Made by a program: the position numbers and the translations under genes. Positions 46,488 through 55,564 of a stretch of DNA of 64,000 nucleotides are shown here, piece by piece. The stretch is from the sequence record NC_048182.1. The stretch is one strand, 5' to 3'. The notes beneath the pieces were generated by a model that saw only the letters and a program-made list of their open reading frames with translations, was not told where the DNA came from and searched no databases. Position 1 is the stretch's first letter, and each line of letters starts with the position of its first letter.

Positions 46488-47668
46488 GAAAGGTCAACCG
46501 TTACGAGCAGTGGTATATCGAAACCGGAAACCGTATTCTGAAAGAAGGGCAGTTCCGCGGTGACCGTACCGGTACGGGTGTATACTCACTTCCTTTTATC
46601 AACTATACCCATGACTTACGTGAATCTCATCCACTGATGACAACCCGTGAGTTTGTCTATGATCAGCCGATTACGGAAATGATCTGGATGATGTCGGGCA
46701 GTTCCAACATCAAGTACCTGGTTGAGAACGGTTGTCCATTCTGGAATTCCTTTGCTACTAAAGGTGATGAGATTGTTCAACAGTTACTGCAACGTTCTGA
46801 CCGCATTCGGATGTATGCAGATAAGCGTGGTGTTTCATATGCTGAAGCTATTACCATGTTCATGCATGAAAGCCCTGAAGTTGCAGATGCGTTGATGGAC
46901 AAAGAACAGATTCCTAACGTTGTGGATCTGAAATCTCCTCCTGGTGAGCTGGGTCCGGTATATGGTGTTCAGTGGCGTAACTGGCCAAACCCTGATGGGT
47001 CAACTTTCGATCAGTTACAATATGCTCTCGACCAGCTTGAGACCAATCCAAACAACCGTCGTATTGTGGTTGATTGCTGGAACCCAAGTTTCTTACCTGA
47101 TCCGAAGAAGCCACCTCGCATCAGTGCGTCTGAAGGTAAGATGGCATTAACTCCATGTCACTTTGCTTTCGGCTTCTATACTGCAGCTATTCCTTTCCAT
47201 GAACGTGCAGAACTTCTTATCAAGGTTATTGATCAAGATCAGAAATGGTCGGTGTACCCAATCAAAACCGATGAGAAAAGTCGCTCTCATTACGAAGGGT
47301 TATTCCAGATGTATGGTATTCCTGAATACTATCTGGATGTCAACTTTGTGATGCGCAGTAATGACTGGGTACTTGGTCAACCTGCAAACATGAACATGTA
47401 CTCAGCTCTTTGCATGATGTATGCGAATGAACTGAACATGGTTCCTCGCTATGTCAACTATACGGGTTGGGACTGTCATATTTACAGTAACCATCTTAAA
47501 GGTTGGGAAGAGATTAACCGTCGTTGGAATACAGGTGACCATAAATTCATCGACCACACGGTATCTTTAAACACTGAACCGAAAGGTTTGTTCAATTATC
47601 ATAAATCGGATTTTAGCTGTGCTAATTACTTGCCGGATGCTAAGATCAAATTCCCTATTGCGATATAA
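46484..47668 (+). CDS. thyA: Thymidylate synthase (ThyA family, 394 aa with insertions)
   Basis: DRTGTG, LGPVYGVQWR, RRIVV..WNP, LTPCH, RSND..LG.P.N and DCHIYSNH motifs; AGGAG SD, GTG start. Confidence 0.92.
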   Translation: MRKVNRYEQWYIETGNRILKEGQFRGDRTGTGVYSLPFINYTHDLRESHPLMTTREFVYDQPITEMIWMMSGSSNIKYLVENGCPFWNSFATKGDEIVQQLLQRSDRIRMYADKRGVSYAEAITMFMHESPEVADALMDKEQIPNVVDLKSPPGELGPVYGVQWRNWPNPDGSTFDQLQYALDQLETNPNNRRIVVDCWNPSFLPDPKKPPRISASEGKMALTPCHFAFGFYTAAIPFHERAELLIKVIDQDQKWSVYPIKTDEKSRSHYEGLFQMYGIPEYYLDVNFVMRSNDWVLGQPANMNMYSALCMMYANELNMVPRYVNYTGWDCHIYSNHLKGWEEINRRWNTGDHKFIDHTVSLNTEPKGLFNYHKSDFSCANYLPDAKIKFPIAI

Positions 47669-47684
47669 GCGCTAAGGTTTTTAA

Positions 47685-48053
47685 ATGGATAATGCAGCGT
47701 TCTTTGATTGTGGCGTAAGTGTTCTGGATATGGTTTACGACACACTGGTCGGTATTAAGACTGAAAAGACTGTTTACCGTACCTCAATTAACGGAGCACC
47801 TACTGACATCCTGTTGTCGAACTTCATGGATTCGACAGTCGCAGTAGGCAAGCGTCAAAATCTTTCTTTCTTAGCTGCTCATTATGGCGGGAAAACAAAG
47901 ATCTGGTATAACCGCGAAAAAGATGTGATCACCAAAGATGAAGATCCTAAGCGCTTGGCTGCGTTTATCCAGGATCCAACCACGGTATCCATTTCATTCC
48001 CAGCTTGCAAGGAAAGCTTTATTGCCAAGTTGACCCAAACAGTTCTGATATGA
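47685..48053 (+). CDS. Hypothetical protein (122 aa)
   Basis: AAGG SD. Confidence 0.7.
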   Translation: MDNAAFFDCGVSVLDMVYDTLVGIKTEKTVYRTSINGAPTDILLSNFMDSTVAVGKRQNLSFLAAHYGGKTKIWYNREKDVITKDEDPKRLAAFIQDPTTVSISFPACKESFIAKLTQTVLI

Positions 48054-48099
48054 TAAACCACTCAGGGATCCTAATGGGTCCCTGGGTAGGAGACTAATA

Positions 48100-48285
48100 A
48101 TGAATGTCTTATCTCTGGTATTATCTCTGTGCGCTTTTCTTGCTATTATTTTTACCTTAAATGACTGGACTCCTAAACACGGTATCGCTACTTTAATTAG
48201 CCGTACCTTAATTAGCGGTTTTAAGTTACTCGTAATAAGTGCAGTTGTACTGTACATACTCCTCATCTTAAATAAAGGTATTTAA
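48100..48285 (+). CDS. Small two-TM membrane protein (61 aa)
   Basis: AGGAG SD; two hydrophobic helices. Confidence 0.7.
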   Translation: MNVLSLVLSLCAFLAIIFTLNDWTPKHGIATLISRTLISGFKLLVISAVVLYILLILNKGI

Positions 48286-48287
48286 TC

Positions 48288-49316
48288 ATGTATTCACACA
48301 TCTCTGCAGACGACCACAAAAACATTGCCGGTATCGCTTACCTTCAATCTAAGCTGAAAGAGCTGGATCCTGAAATCAAGATCGACGGGATGTTCGGCGC
48401 TGAATCAATTGCCGCATTCCGTGACGCCATTGAGAAAGGTATGGGAATCGAAGACTTCCGTGTTGATCTTCAAGGTACTGGGATGGGTCTGATTCAGAAC
48501 ATGATCCGTCAAGCCGCTCAATTGACCAAACGTAAAGACTTCCCTATTGGACGTCTTCATGATAACCAGTGGGGTGACGGTACCAAAGCAGCCATTGATC
48601 TGATTCTGGGTGAAATGTGTTTCTTGAAACAGCTGGAGAAAGCAAAAGAGTTATTGGCCGATAAACGTTCAGCCGGTCATCTATCCGAACATGTATTGAA
48701 TCATGTTCGCAATCGCATTGGTCGTACATCCACGGTCCCTCCGGTTTATGATGCCCATAATAAACTGAAGGAAGGCACGCATTGGTGCTCTGGAATGGAA
48801 TTCGAAGTAAGCGAACAAACCGATAAACTGCTGGCCAAAGCGATGGGTTACGAAAATCCAGTAGTGACCATTCACCAGATGTTGGCTGCCAAGTATCAGA
48901 TCGCTCTGGAATACTACCGTGGTCGCGCGGTAGGGGTTATTGTTGTTCGTCCTTTTGAAGTAATTCCTCCTATTTCTAAAACAACTAAAACTGAAACCAT
49001 CGGTGCTGGTGAAGGTAAAACTTCTACCCACGGAATGATCGAAGGCATTTATGTCAATAAAAACATTCGTGGTGCTGGCGTCGGTACTCGTCTGTTAGTA
49101 GCGGCTAAATTCAGATGTGAGGAACTTGGTTATAACCGAATCGTGTTTGTTCGTGGTCCGGCTACTCACTCTCTGGAAGATACCCTCGACGGGGTTCGCA
49201 ACCCTAAAGAACGCATCTTTGATCAACTGATCAATGGACACGGATATCGCCCAGTCATGACAGCACTGGACACTAGTCGCGCAGAACGTTGTGTTCGTGA
49301 TTTGAATAAACAATAA
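48288..49316 (+). CDS. GNAT-family acetyltransferase with N-terminal peptidoglycan-binding-like repeats (342 aa)
   Basis: IYVNKNIRGAGVGTRLL acetyl-CoA motif A; N-terminal LQSKL..DGMFGAES and LIQNM..DNQWGDGTKAA. Confidence 0.7.
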   Translation: MYSHISADDHKNIAGIAYLQSKLKELDPEIKIDGMFGAESIAAFRDAIEKGMGIEDFRVDLQGTGMGLIQNMIRQAAQLTKRKDFPIGRLHDNQWGDGTKAAIDLILGEMCFLKQLEKAKELLADKRSAGHLSEHVLNHVRNRIGRTSTVPPVYDAHNKLKEGTHWCSGMEFEVSEQTDKLLAKAMGYENPVVTIHQMLAAKYQIALEYYRGRAVGVIVVRPFEVIPPISKTTKTETIGAGEGKTSTHGMIEGIYVNKNIRGAGVGTRLLVAAKFRCEELGYNRIVFVRGPATHSLEDTLDGVRNPKERIFDQLINGHGYRPVMTALDTSRAERCVRDLNKQ

Positions 49317-49322
49317 TTGATT

Positions 49323-49352
49323 CCCTCTTACTCCTTAACGGGAGTAAGAGGG
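49323..49352 (+). terminator. Terminator-like hairpin
   Basis: CCCTCTTACTCC-TTAACG-GGAGTAAGAGGG directly after a stop codon. Confidence 0.7.
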
Positions 49353-49383
49353 TTTCACATTTAGTTGAATTTTGTTTCAAACC

Positions 49384-49400
49384 TATATTACTATAGTGTA
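49384..49400 (+). promoter_or_regulatory. phiKZ-like early promoter
   Basis: TATATTAC-N4-GTGTA; TATATTAC is the phiKZ early consensus as I recall it. Confidence 0.7.
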
Positions 49401-49442
49401 TAGAAGAACAAGTATTTACTACAGTTTAAGTAAGGAGTTACT

Positions 49443-49715
49443 ATGTTTAGCAATGAAGAATTAAAACGCCCTATTCACCGTGAAATGTCTGGTCGCTTTG
49501 CTGGGTTGAAAGTGAAAGACGATGGTGTCTATGGTATTGATGATATCGGTAATGCCGAGGAATTCATCTTTGCAGTAATTAATGAAAATCGTCCGATGGC
49601 GGTTGCAACTCGTTTAGTCCGCAAGTTCTTTACTTCGGCTGGATCAGTTGTAATTGAATACGATCCAATAATGGTTCGTTCCAAACAGATCGATGAAGCA
49701 CTGAAAAAGCTATAA
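49443..49715 (+). CDS. Hypothetical early protein (90 aa)
   Basis: AAGGAG SD; first gene after the promoter. Confidence 0.8.
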   Translation: MFSNEELKRPIHREMSGRFAGLKVKDDGVYGIDDIGNAEEFIFAVINENRPMAVATRLVRKFFTSAGSVVIEYDPIMVRSKQIDEALKKL

Positions 49716-49758
49716 CCAAATTTTATTAACTTCCTAAGTTAGAGAAAAGGAAACTATC

Positions 49759-50085
49759 ATGAACAACTTCAACACCGTAGAACATTTCGAAATCCGTAAC
49801 GAAGAAGCAGTTGCATACATGATCAGCAACCTGTCTCAAAAAGAAGAATCTGTAGCAAATGAAACTGCTGTTAACGGTATCGTAATTGGTGCGCTGAAAT
49901 CTATCGCCCGTCGCACCTTTGGTCGTATCCCACTGTTCCGTCCAACTATCACTGACAACAGCGTGGAAACTTTCCAGATCTGGTTCAACGAATTCGCTGA
50001 AGCCAACAACATCACTAAACGTGTTCGCGTTACTGGTGTATGGTCTGAAGAAACCAAAGCAGCCTACGACTTAGTTGTAGCTTAA
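49759..50085 (+). CDS. Hypothetical early protein (108 aa)
   Basis: AAGGA SD. Confidence 0.8.
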   Translation: MNNFNTVEHFEIRNEEAVAYMISNLSQKEESVANETAVNGIVIGALKSIARRTFGRIPLFRPTITDNSVETFQIWFNEFAEANNITKRVRVTGVWSEETKAAYDLVVA

Positions 50086-50130
50086 TCATTTAGTTATCCA
50101 ATTCACTCAATCTAAGTAAGGAAGTTAATC

Positions 50131-50301
50131 ATGACTCGTTTAAACGCTATCATCATCGCTATCTGTGTATTCGCATTCCTGGGTCTGTGCGTAGCATTTG
50201 GTTCTACCTTTATGGCTAAGGCGCTCATCTGTGTTGTTCTGGGTGGGGCTATAGTAGCAGGTATCGCAGTAACCACTCGCAATGCGATTAAGTACAGATA
50301 A
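50131..50301 (+). CDS. Small two-TM membrane protein (56 aa, not in the track) MTRLNAIIIAICVFAFLGLCVAFG...
   Basis: AAGGA SD; two hydrophobic helices; hairpin (50304-50338) follows the stop. Confidence 0.7.
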   Translation: MTRLNAIIIAICVFAFLGLCVAFGSTFMAKALICVVLGGAIVAGIAVTTRNAIKYR

Positions 50302-50371
50302 CAAATCACCTTCCTAGTTTAATACTGGGAGGGTGATTCATTGTTTACCTTTATTTTTGTTTGGAGCATTA

Positions 50372-51013
50372 ATGAAAAAGCACATTATGCTGGCGTTCGA
50401 CATGGACGGCACATTAACCAAGACAGCAAAGTTATTACGTGAAGAAGGTATCCGCGAATTCCATAAACGCGGGATGGACGATGCTATTCAGTATACTATC
50501 GACAACCCAGAAGGTTCCACTTTGTTGTGGCCTCAGTACATGCGCGATGTGACTGATGAGATCGTGCGCGAAGGTACATTCATGTTGCGTGTAGAACCTA
50601 CTGAGATCGTCCAGCAAGGGCTTCTGCACGAGATCGCTACCATACGTCGAATGAGTTGGAATAAACGCTTAGATACGTGTGTATGCACTCATCGTGGGTT
50701 CCATGATAAAGGTACCGAATACACAGGTATGTGGTTATCCGAAAACAAAGCAATTCACGTTATGGATAACATCCATGCCATAGATCCAGCTAAGCATCCT
50801 AACAAGCTGGAATATCTGGAAGCTTTATATCCCAACCATGAGATCCGTTTGTTGGATGACAATCCATTATTCCGTACTGACATTCCTCATGAGTATGATG
50901 AGCGTTTGTGCATCGTTAGTGAAGAAGGTGTTATGCCTGGTTACGCTAACCAACAACAATTCCCAGGTGTCTACACCTTTTCCCGTTCGATTCGTGATTT
51001 GTTATTAGCTTAA
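50372..51013 (+). CDS. HAD-superfamily hydrolase, nucleotidase-like
   Basis: LAFDMDGTL motif I, THRG, K and LLDDNP motifs; GGAG SD before ATG 50372. Confidence 0.8.
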   Translation: MKKHIMLAFDMDGTLTKTAKLLREEGIREFHKRGMDDAIQYTIDNPEGSTLLWPQYMRDVTDEIVREGTFMLRVEPTEIVQQGLLHEIATIRRMSWNKRLDTCVCTHRGFHDKGTEYTGMWLSENKAIHVMDNIHAIDPAKHPNKLEYLEALYPNHEIRLLDDNPLFRTDIPHEYDERLCIVSEEGVMPGYANQQQFPGVYTFSRSIRDLLLA

Positions 51014-51023
51014 GGATAAAGTA

Positions 51024-51707
51024 ATGCAAGTTAGTAAACTAGATAAAACAATGATGTACGTTAAGCCGTTCACTTACTCCATGATCATGGCTCGTGATGC
51101 TCGTGGTGGTATTGGTATGGGTAATGGAATGCCTTGGCCGAAATGCAAGGAAGACTTCAAGTGGTTCAAAGACAACACTTGGGGTAAGGTTGTAGTAATG
51201 GGATTCAAGACCTGGGAAACTCTGGGTAGCCTTCCATTGAAAGGTCGCTTAAACGTTGTTATGACAACTAAGCGTGAATTCACTCTTGACAAGAACTATC
51301 GTGTTGACCAGAAATTGGACGGACAGAAAGTTGTTTACTGTCGTTCAATAGCCGGGCTGAAAGAGTTCCTGGGTACTTTTGCTGGTTCAGAATTTGACTG
51401 TGGTGAGACAGTCGGAGAATCCGAAACCATTAAACACCTTGTCCGTGTTCATGGTGAAATAATGATCATGGGTGGTGCTTCACTGTACCAGCAATTCCAA
51501 CATCATTACGATCGTTTGTATCTGACCACCTTTGCCGGTGAATGGGATGCGGATACGTTCCTTAAAATCAATATGACTCCGGATAGTTGGGATCTGCGGT
51601 TCCGTAACTCGCTGTCTCACATGTTGCCGGTATTCGAAATTTACACCCGTGCTCCTTTAATGGTGGCGGATCATGGTTTTGTTGAAGGGGATCATCAAAG
51701 TGTTTAA
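51024..51707 (+). CDS. folA: Dihydrofolate reductase (with insertion)
   Basis: GIG..NGMPWP..EDFKWFK, VVMGFKTWETL, PLKGRLNVV, IMGGASLYQQ and DTF motifs. Confidence 0.92.
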   Translation: MQVSKLDKTMMYVKPFTYSMIMARDARGGIGMGNGMPWPKCKEDFKWFKDNTWGKVVVMGFKTWETLGSLPLKGRLNVVMTTKREFTLDKNYRVDQKLDGQKVVYCRSIAGLKEFLGTFAGSEFDCGETVGESETIKHLVRVHGEIMIMGGASLYQQFQHHYDRLYLTTFAGEWDADTFLKINMTPDSWDLRFRNSLSHMLPVFEIYTRAPLMVADHGFVEGDHQSV

Positions 51708-51960
51708 AATTCCTGATGAGTTGGTAACAAAGGTTAAGGTTGGTGAGAAGTTCTATATCTCTTCAGTTGGGAATGGTAAAGCAAAACTCTGCGGTAATCA
51801 ATTCTGTATGGAAGTTCCAGGCGACCAAGTTAAACTTGGCGAATGCTTCTATGCCACCGCGACTAATCGACTGGTTAAACGTCTTGGTCTTACTGATGTA
51901 ATTACACCGGTTCCCGATAAGCCGACACAACTTCTTTATAAAGGTAAACGTGTGGCATAA
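51700..51960 (+). CDS. Hypothetical small beta protein
   Basis: GTG 51700 with AAGGGG SD, overlapping the folA stop. Confidence 0.6.
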   Translation: MFKIPDELVTKVKVGEKFYISSVGNGKAKLCGNQFCMEVPGDQVKLGECFYATATNRLVKRLGLTDVITPVPDKPTQLLYKGKRVA

Positions 51961-51983
51961 CCCCCGTATGGAGGTATGAAGCA

Positions 51984-52109
51984 ATGTTTGACATCTTACT
52001 CGATCTTCTCAAGGTGTTTCTTTCTTGTATTATTATTGGTGGCGTTATTGCAACGGTTTGGCACCTAAATAAAAAGTACTTTGGCAAGAAGACAACTCTA
52101 CGTCATTGA
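51984..52109 (+). CDS. Small single-TM protein (41 aa, not in the track) MFDILLDLLKVFLSCIIIGGVIATVWHLNKK...
   Basis: GGAGG SD; ends just before a UUCG terminator. Confidence 0.6.
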   Translation: MFDILLDLLKVFLSCIIIGGVIATVWHLNKKYFGKKTTLRH

Positions 52110-52112
52110 CCT

Positions 52113-52160
52113 ATAGCTGAACTGGGAACTTCGGTTCCTGGTTCAGCTGTATTTCATTTC
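52113..52160 (+). terminator. UUCG-loop terminator
   Basis: ATAGCTGAACTGGGAAC-TTCG-GTTCCTGGTTCAGCTGT then ATTTCATTT. Confidence 0.75.
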
Positions 52161-52165
52161 AGACC

Positions 52166-52182
52166 TATATTACCTAAGTGTA
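52166..52182 (+). promoter_or_regulatory. phiKZ-like early promoter
   Basis: TATATTAC-N4-GTGTA. Confidence 0.7.
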
Positions 52183-52226
52183 AGAACATAAACTATTTAT
52201 TAATTCAACCATAGAGAGAATTAACC

Positions 52227-52616
52227 ATGACTACTTTCGCATCCAACGTTAAAGCTAAACTGGCTAGCATGAAAATTGAAATCAAAGAAGAAGTTCAGTT
52301 TTACGCTTTGGCTAACTTCACTGAAAAAGCAGGCTTTAACCTGAACAGTGAAGATGCAGTTTGGTTTGCTACTGGAGTCCTGGTAGTAACTGAATGTGGC
52401 GTTGTAAAACCTACTGACGAATTCCACACCGGAATGCATATGCGTGCGTTCGGTCGCGCAGCTGTAAAAGGTCGCCGCGCTGGACATCTGACTGGCTTCT
52501 ACAAAGAAGTTCGTGAATCAATCGCTGATGGCTTACTTCCGGCAGATGCTGAAGAAGTAGCAATGAGTAAAGCATTGATCGGTCAGATGGCATTCGGTTT
52601 TTATAACGCAGCCTAA
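52227..52616 (+). CDS. Hypothetical early protein (129 aa)
   Basis: First gene after the promoter. Confidence 0.8.
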   Translation: MTTFASNVKAKLASMKIEIKEEVQFYALANFTEKAGFNLNSEDAVWFATGVLVVTECGVVKPTDEFHTGMHMRAFGRAAVKGRRAGHLTGFYKEVRESIADGLLPADAEEVAMSKALIGQMAFGFYNAA

Positions 52617-52650
52617 TTAATAAACATAATTAACTTAGAGGATTAAAATT

Positions 52651-52842
52651 ATGACTATGTTCGCTAACTCATCTATGATTATCACTGTTGAAGATGCAAT
52701 TATCGGTATGGAAAAACTATTAGCTGACGCTACAGAAGCCAACCGTGAATTGGCTGTCAGTGCCTACACTAAACGTCTAGCTAGAATGCGCACTCAAACT
52801 ACTGAAGAATTCCGTAAAGAGATGGGATGGTCAGTAAACTGA
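52651..52842 (+). CDS. Small helical early protein (63 aa)
   Basis: GAGGA SD. Confidence 0.75.
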   Translation: MTMFANSSMIITVEDAIIGMEKLLADATEANRELAVSAYTKRLARMRTQTTEEFRKEMGWSVN

Positions 52843-52846
52843 TTAC

Positions 52847-52910
52847 TTGAGGCTACCTTAACGGGTAGCCTCAATCCATTTATTCTTTTTCTTTTCTTTA
52901 TTATTTTACA
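52847..52910 (+). terminator. Intrinsic terminator
   Basis: TTGAGGCTACC-TTAACG-GGTAGCCTCAA plus long T-rich tract. Confidence 0.75.
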
Positions 52911-52914
52911 GACC

Positions 52915-52931
52915 GATATTATCTTTATGTA
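52915..52931 (+). promoter_or_regulatory. Early-promoter variant
   Basis: GATATTAT-N4-ATGTA, with the AGAC flank seen at the 52166 and 56175 copies. Confidence 0.55.
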
Positions 52932-52960
52932 AAACTAATCATAATTTATCTGGAGCTCAG

Positions 52961-53509
52961 ATGGAACTCTTAAACAACCTTAATGAATTCATTCACAGCG
53001 GAAACGGATTACTATTGGTAATCGGTATAGTGGTATGGCTGGGAATAGGGATGGTCTTATTCTACAAAATCTTTGTAATGGGGTTGATCGGATGTACTGG
53101 AAAAGGGGACACTCCTTTTATTCTGATGTACACGATCGGCTGCATTGTATTTTGGCCAGGTTATCTGTTCTGGATGTTTGCTGGGGTTATTGACATCAAG
53201 GCGATATTCAAGAAACCCCAAATCAAAATCCGGCACAAGCATAAAGTAACTGGCGGGGTATACGAAAAGATAGCGATGGCAAAACACGCTATTGACATAT
53301 CTCCATCATACCCTAACAACATGTTGTTTGCGGCTTCCAAAGGAAAGAGCGGTGAACCCGTCATGTTCTATAAAAGAAATGACGATACCGATTTCCGTTA
53401 TACTGGCGCAATCAATTATGGCGACATTGTCGTCTACAAAAATCTGGAGAACAATAAGTACCATCTCTCCACTCCAGAAGAATTCGAACAGAATTTTATT
53501 AAACGTTAA
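52961..53509 (+). CDS. Membrane protein with C-terminal DUF1653-like small beta domain (182 aa)
   Basis: Two N-terminal TMs; RHKHKVTGGVYEKIAMAKHA..IVVYKNL..STPEEF resembles YRH.KG..Y...A.H..VVY..RP..EF. Confidence 0.55.
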   Translation: MELLNNLNEFIHSGNGLLLVIGIVVWLGIGMVLFYKIFVMGLIGCTGKGDTPFILMYTIGCIVFWPGYLFWMFAGVIDIKAIFKKPQIKIRHKHKVTGGVYEKIAMAKHAIDISPSYPNNMLFAASKGKSGEPVMFYKRNDDTDFRYTGAINYGDIVVYKNLENNKYHLSTPEEFEQNFIKR

Positions 53510-53538
53510 TTAACCAATCCACATAGAAGGAATAAGTA

Positions 53539-55119
53539 ATGTCCATGTTAACCGATATCTCTTTCACCAATGCTAAAGACACTCGCGTCATCATTGATGA
53601 AGTTATGGAACATGCTTTTGAATCTGTCTGTTCTACCATGGGTCCGAATGGCCGGTACGTTGTTATCAACCAGTTGAATAAACCACGCGTAACCAAAGAT
53701 GGTGTATCCGTGGCAAAGGCGCTGGATTTCAACGAGACTCGCAAAAACCTGATTGCAAATATCATCATGGAACCGTCAATTAAAACTGACGTAGAAGTTG
53801 GTGATGGTACAACCACAACTGTCTTTATGACGTATAAGCTGTACAATGCGTTTAAAGACAAAATGACTTTCCGTAACCTGCGTTATCTGGACGACCGTAT
53901 CGGCAAGATCATCGAGAGTATCGGTGCGTTGATTAAAGTGGTCAAAGTAGAAGATCCTGAGTTCCGCAAAATGCTTCTCACCTCTTCTAACTATGAAGAA
54001 GAGATTGTGGATAAAATTCTGGAGATCTATAAAGAACACAAATCTCCGAACATCCGTCTGATGAAAGCACCGCAGCTTCCTGCTGATGAGATAAAGTTCA
54101 CCCGTGAGATTACCTTTGACGGTAACTATGCTCATGAGAACTATGTCCCGCAAAACCAAAATGGTTCTTGCCTTCTGAAAGCTGGAACAGCGGCAGTGAT
54201 TATTGTTGATGGAAACATTCAACAATTTGGTCCTGCTGAATTCAGTCGTATCTGTGAAGCAGAAACAGGTATGGTTGTTCTGATGGCTCGTAACTTTGAT
54301 CCAATGGCTTTGGCTGGCATCAATGCCGAAAACCAAAAGCTTCGTCAATCTAATCCACAAAGTAACATCAAAGTTCTTCCTTATAAGTTGAACGCAGGTG
54401 GCACACTGGGTAGCGCATCAATTAACGATCTGGGTAAACTGTTGGATTGCGATCCAATCTTTGATTTCGATGCATTCCAACCAGAGCTCCTGAAAGTACT
54501 GGATGTGGATTTGGTACTGCTGGCAAAACTGTTAGCGGTAACCAAAGACGATGAGCTGATTAAGCAGCGTGCTGAACCAATCCTGGAAACTCTGGATGAA
54601 CGCTATGATGCATTCAGTATCATGGATCGTCAGCAACCAGTTGGGATGGAAGTAGCTCGCCGTATTGGTCGACTGCGCGCCAACAACGTTATCATCAACG
54701 TGACCGGTGTAACTGTATCCGATACAGAAGAACGCTACTATCGTTATGAAGACGTAATGAAAGCAGCTAAGACCGGTCTGCAGTTTGGTGTCATTCCGGG
54801 GATCGGTTATGGCTATCTGATGGCTCGTCAGATGCTGGAGAATGATAAACCTGCACAATCTGATGAGGAACTCAATCGACTGCATGAATTGCTGATGGAT
54901 GTTTTAACCTCACAGTACGAACATCTTACTGGTAATAAATATACTGGTGATAGTTCTGTGTGTTATGTGGATATGGTCACTGGCGAAGAAACAGTCGTTC
55001 CTAATAACGTATATGATAATGCTGCAGCAACTTTGACTGCACTGAAGGGCGCGTGGGCGACTGCGAAGACTTTGGGTAAGATCAGTAATGTGATGGGCAA
55101 ATCAAACTCAGCATACTAA
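53539..55119 (+). CDS. groEL: Phage GroEL-like chaperonin (526 aa)
   Basis: STMGPNG, VTKDGVSVAK, VGDGTTTT, RYEDV and GVIPGIG motifs. Confidence 0.9.
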   Translation: MSMLTDISFTNAKDTRVIIDEVMEHAFESVCSTMGPNGRYVVINQLNKPRVTKDGVSVAKALDFNETRKNLIANIIMEPSIKTDVEVGDGTTTTVFMTYKLYNAFKDKMTFRNLRYLDDRIGKIIESIGALIKVVKVEDPEFRKMLLTSSNYEEEIVDKILEIYKEHKSPNIRLMKAPQLPADEIKFTREITFDGNYAHENYVPQNQNGSCLLKAGTAAVIIVDGNIQQFGPAEFSRICEAETGMVVLMARNFDPMALAGINAENQKLRQSNPQSNIKVLPYKLNAGGTLGSASINDLGKLLDCDPIFDFDAFQPELLKVLDVDLVLLAKLLAVTKDDELIKQRAEPILETLDERYDAFSIMDRQQPVGMEVARRIGRLRANNVIINVTGVTVSDTEERYYRYEDVMKAAKTGLQFGVIPGIGYGYLMARQMLENDKPAQSDEELNRLHELLMDVLTSQYEHLTGNKYTGDSSVCYVDMVTGEETVVPNNVYDNAAATLTALKGAWATAKTLGKISNVMGKSNSAY

Positions 55120-55125
55120 TGTATA

Positions 55126-55180
55126 AAGTTGACCTCGGCGAAAGCTGGGGTCAACTTATTAGTTCCTCTTTTCTTTTTCG
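55126..55180 (+). terminator. GNRA-loop terminator after groEL
   Basis: AAGTTGACCTCGGC-GAAA-GCTGGGGTCAACTT plus T-rich tail. Confidence 0.75.
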
Positions 55181-55271
55181 TTGTTTTACTATTATACTGA
55201 AGGAGTAATATGCGGAAATTTACATTTCTGGTTTATCTCCAAATTCAGTTAGGGAGACTGGAGTCACCACC

Positions 55272-55547
55272 ATGATCCTCAAGAAGATAGCTGCTGTTAA
55301 AGGTGCTGGTAGAAAACAGTTCTTTGGGCTGGATAATCTACTTGCACTTATCTTCATCATTGCCGCGATAACTTACTCTCTAGCAAATTCGCAATACATG
55401 TTTGCGTATTTCTGCATGGGGTTGGTTGTAGTTCGCGTAGGGGAAATTATCTTCGAACTGAAAACAAACATGTTCGATAAGCCATTCTTTCATTATTTGA
55501 TTGGAATTGGAATTCCACTGCAAATAGCATGGAATGAGCTTAGGTAA
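55272..55547 (+). CDS. Three-TM membrane protein (91 aa)
   Basis: GGAG SD; basic N-terminus; three hydrophobic helices. Confidence 0.7.
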   Translation: MILKKIAAVKGAGRKQFFGLDNLLALIFIIAAITYSLANSQYMFAYFCMGLVVVRVGEIIFELKTNMFDKPFFHYLIGIGIPLQIAWNELR

Positions 55548-55564
55548 TTTTCCAGGAGTAAGTG

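Noticed and set aside
46750-47330. Intein or intron in thyA
   Set aside because: Inserts are short and in frame, with no Cys/Ser...His-Asn splice motifs or endonuclease signature
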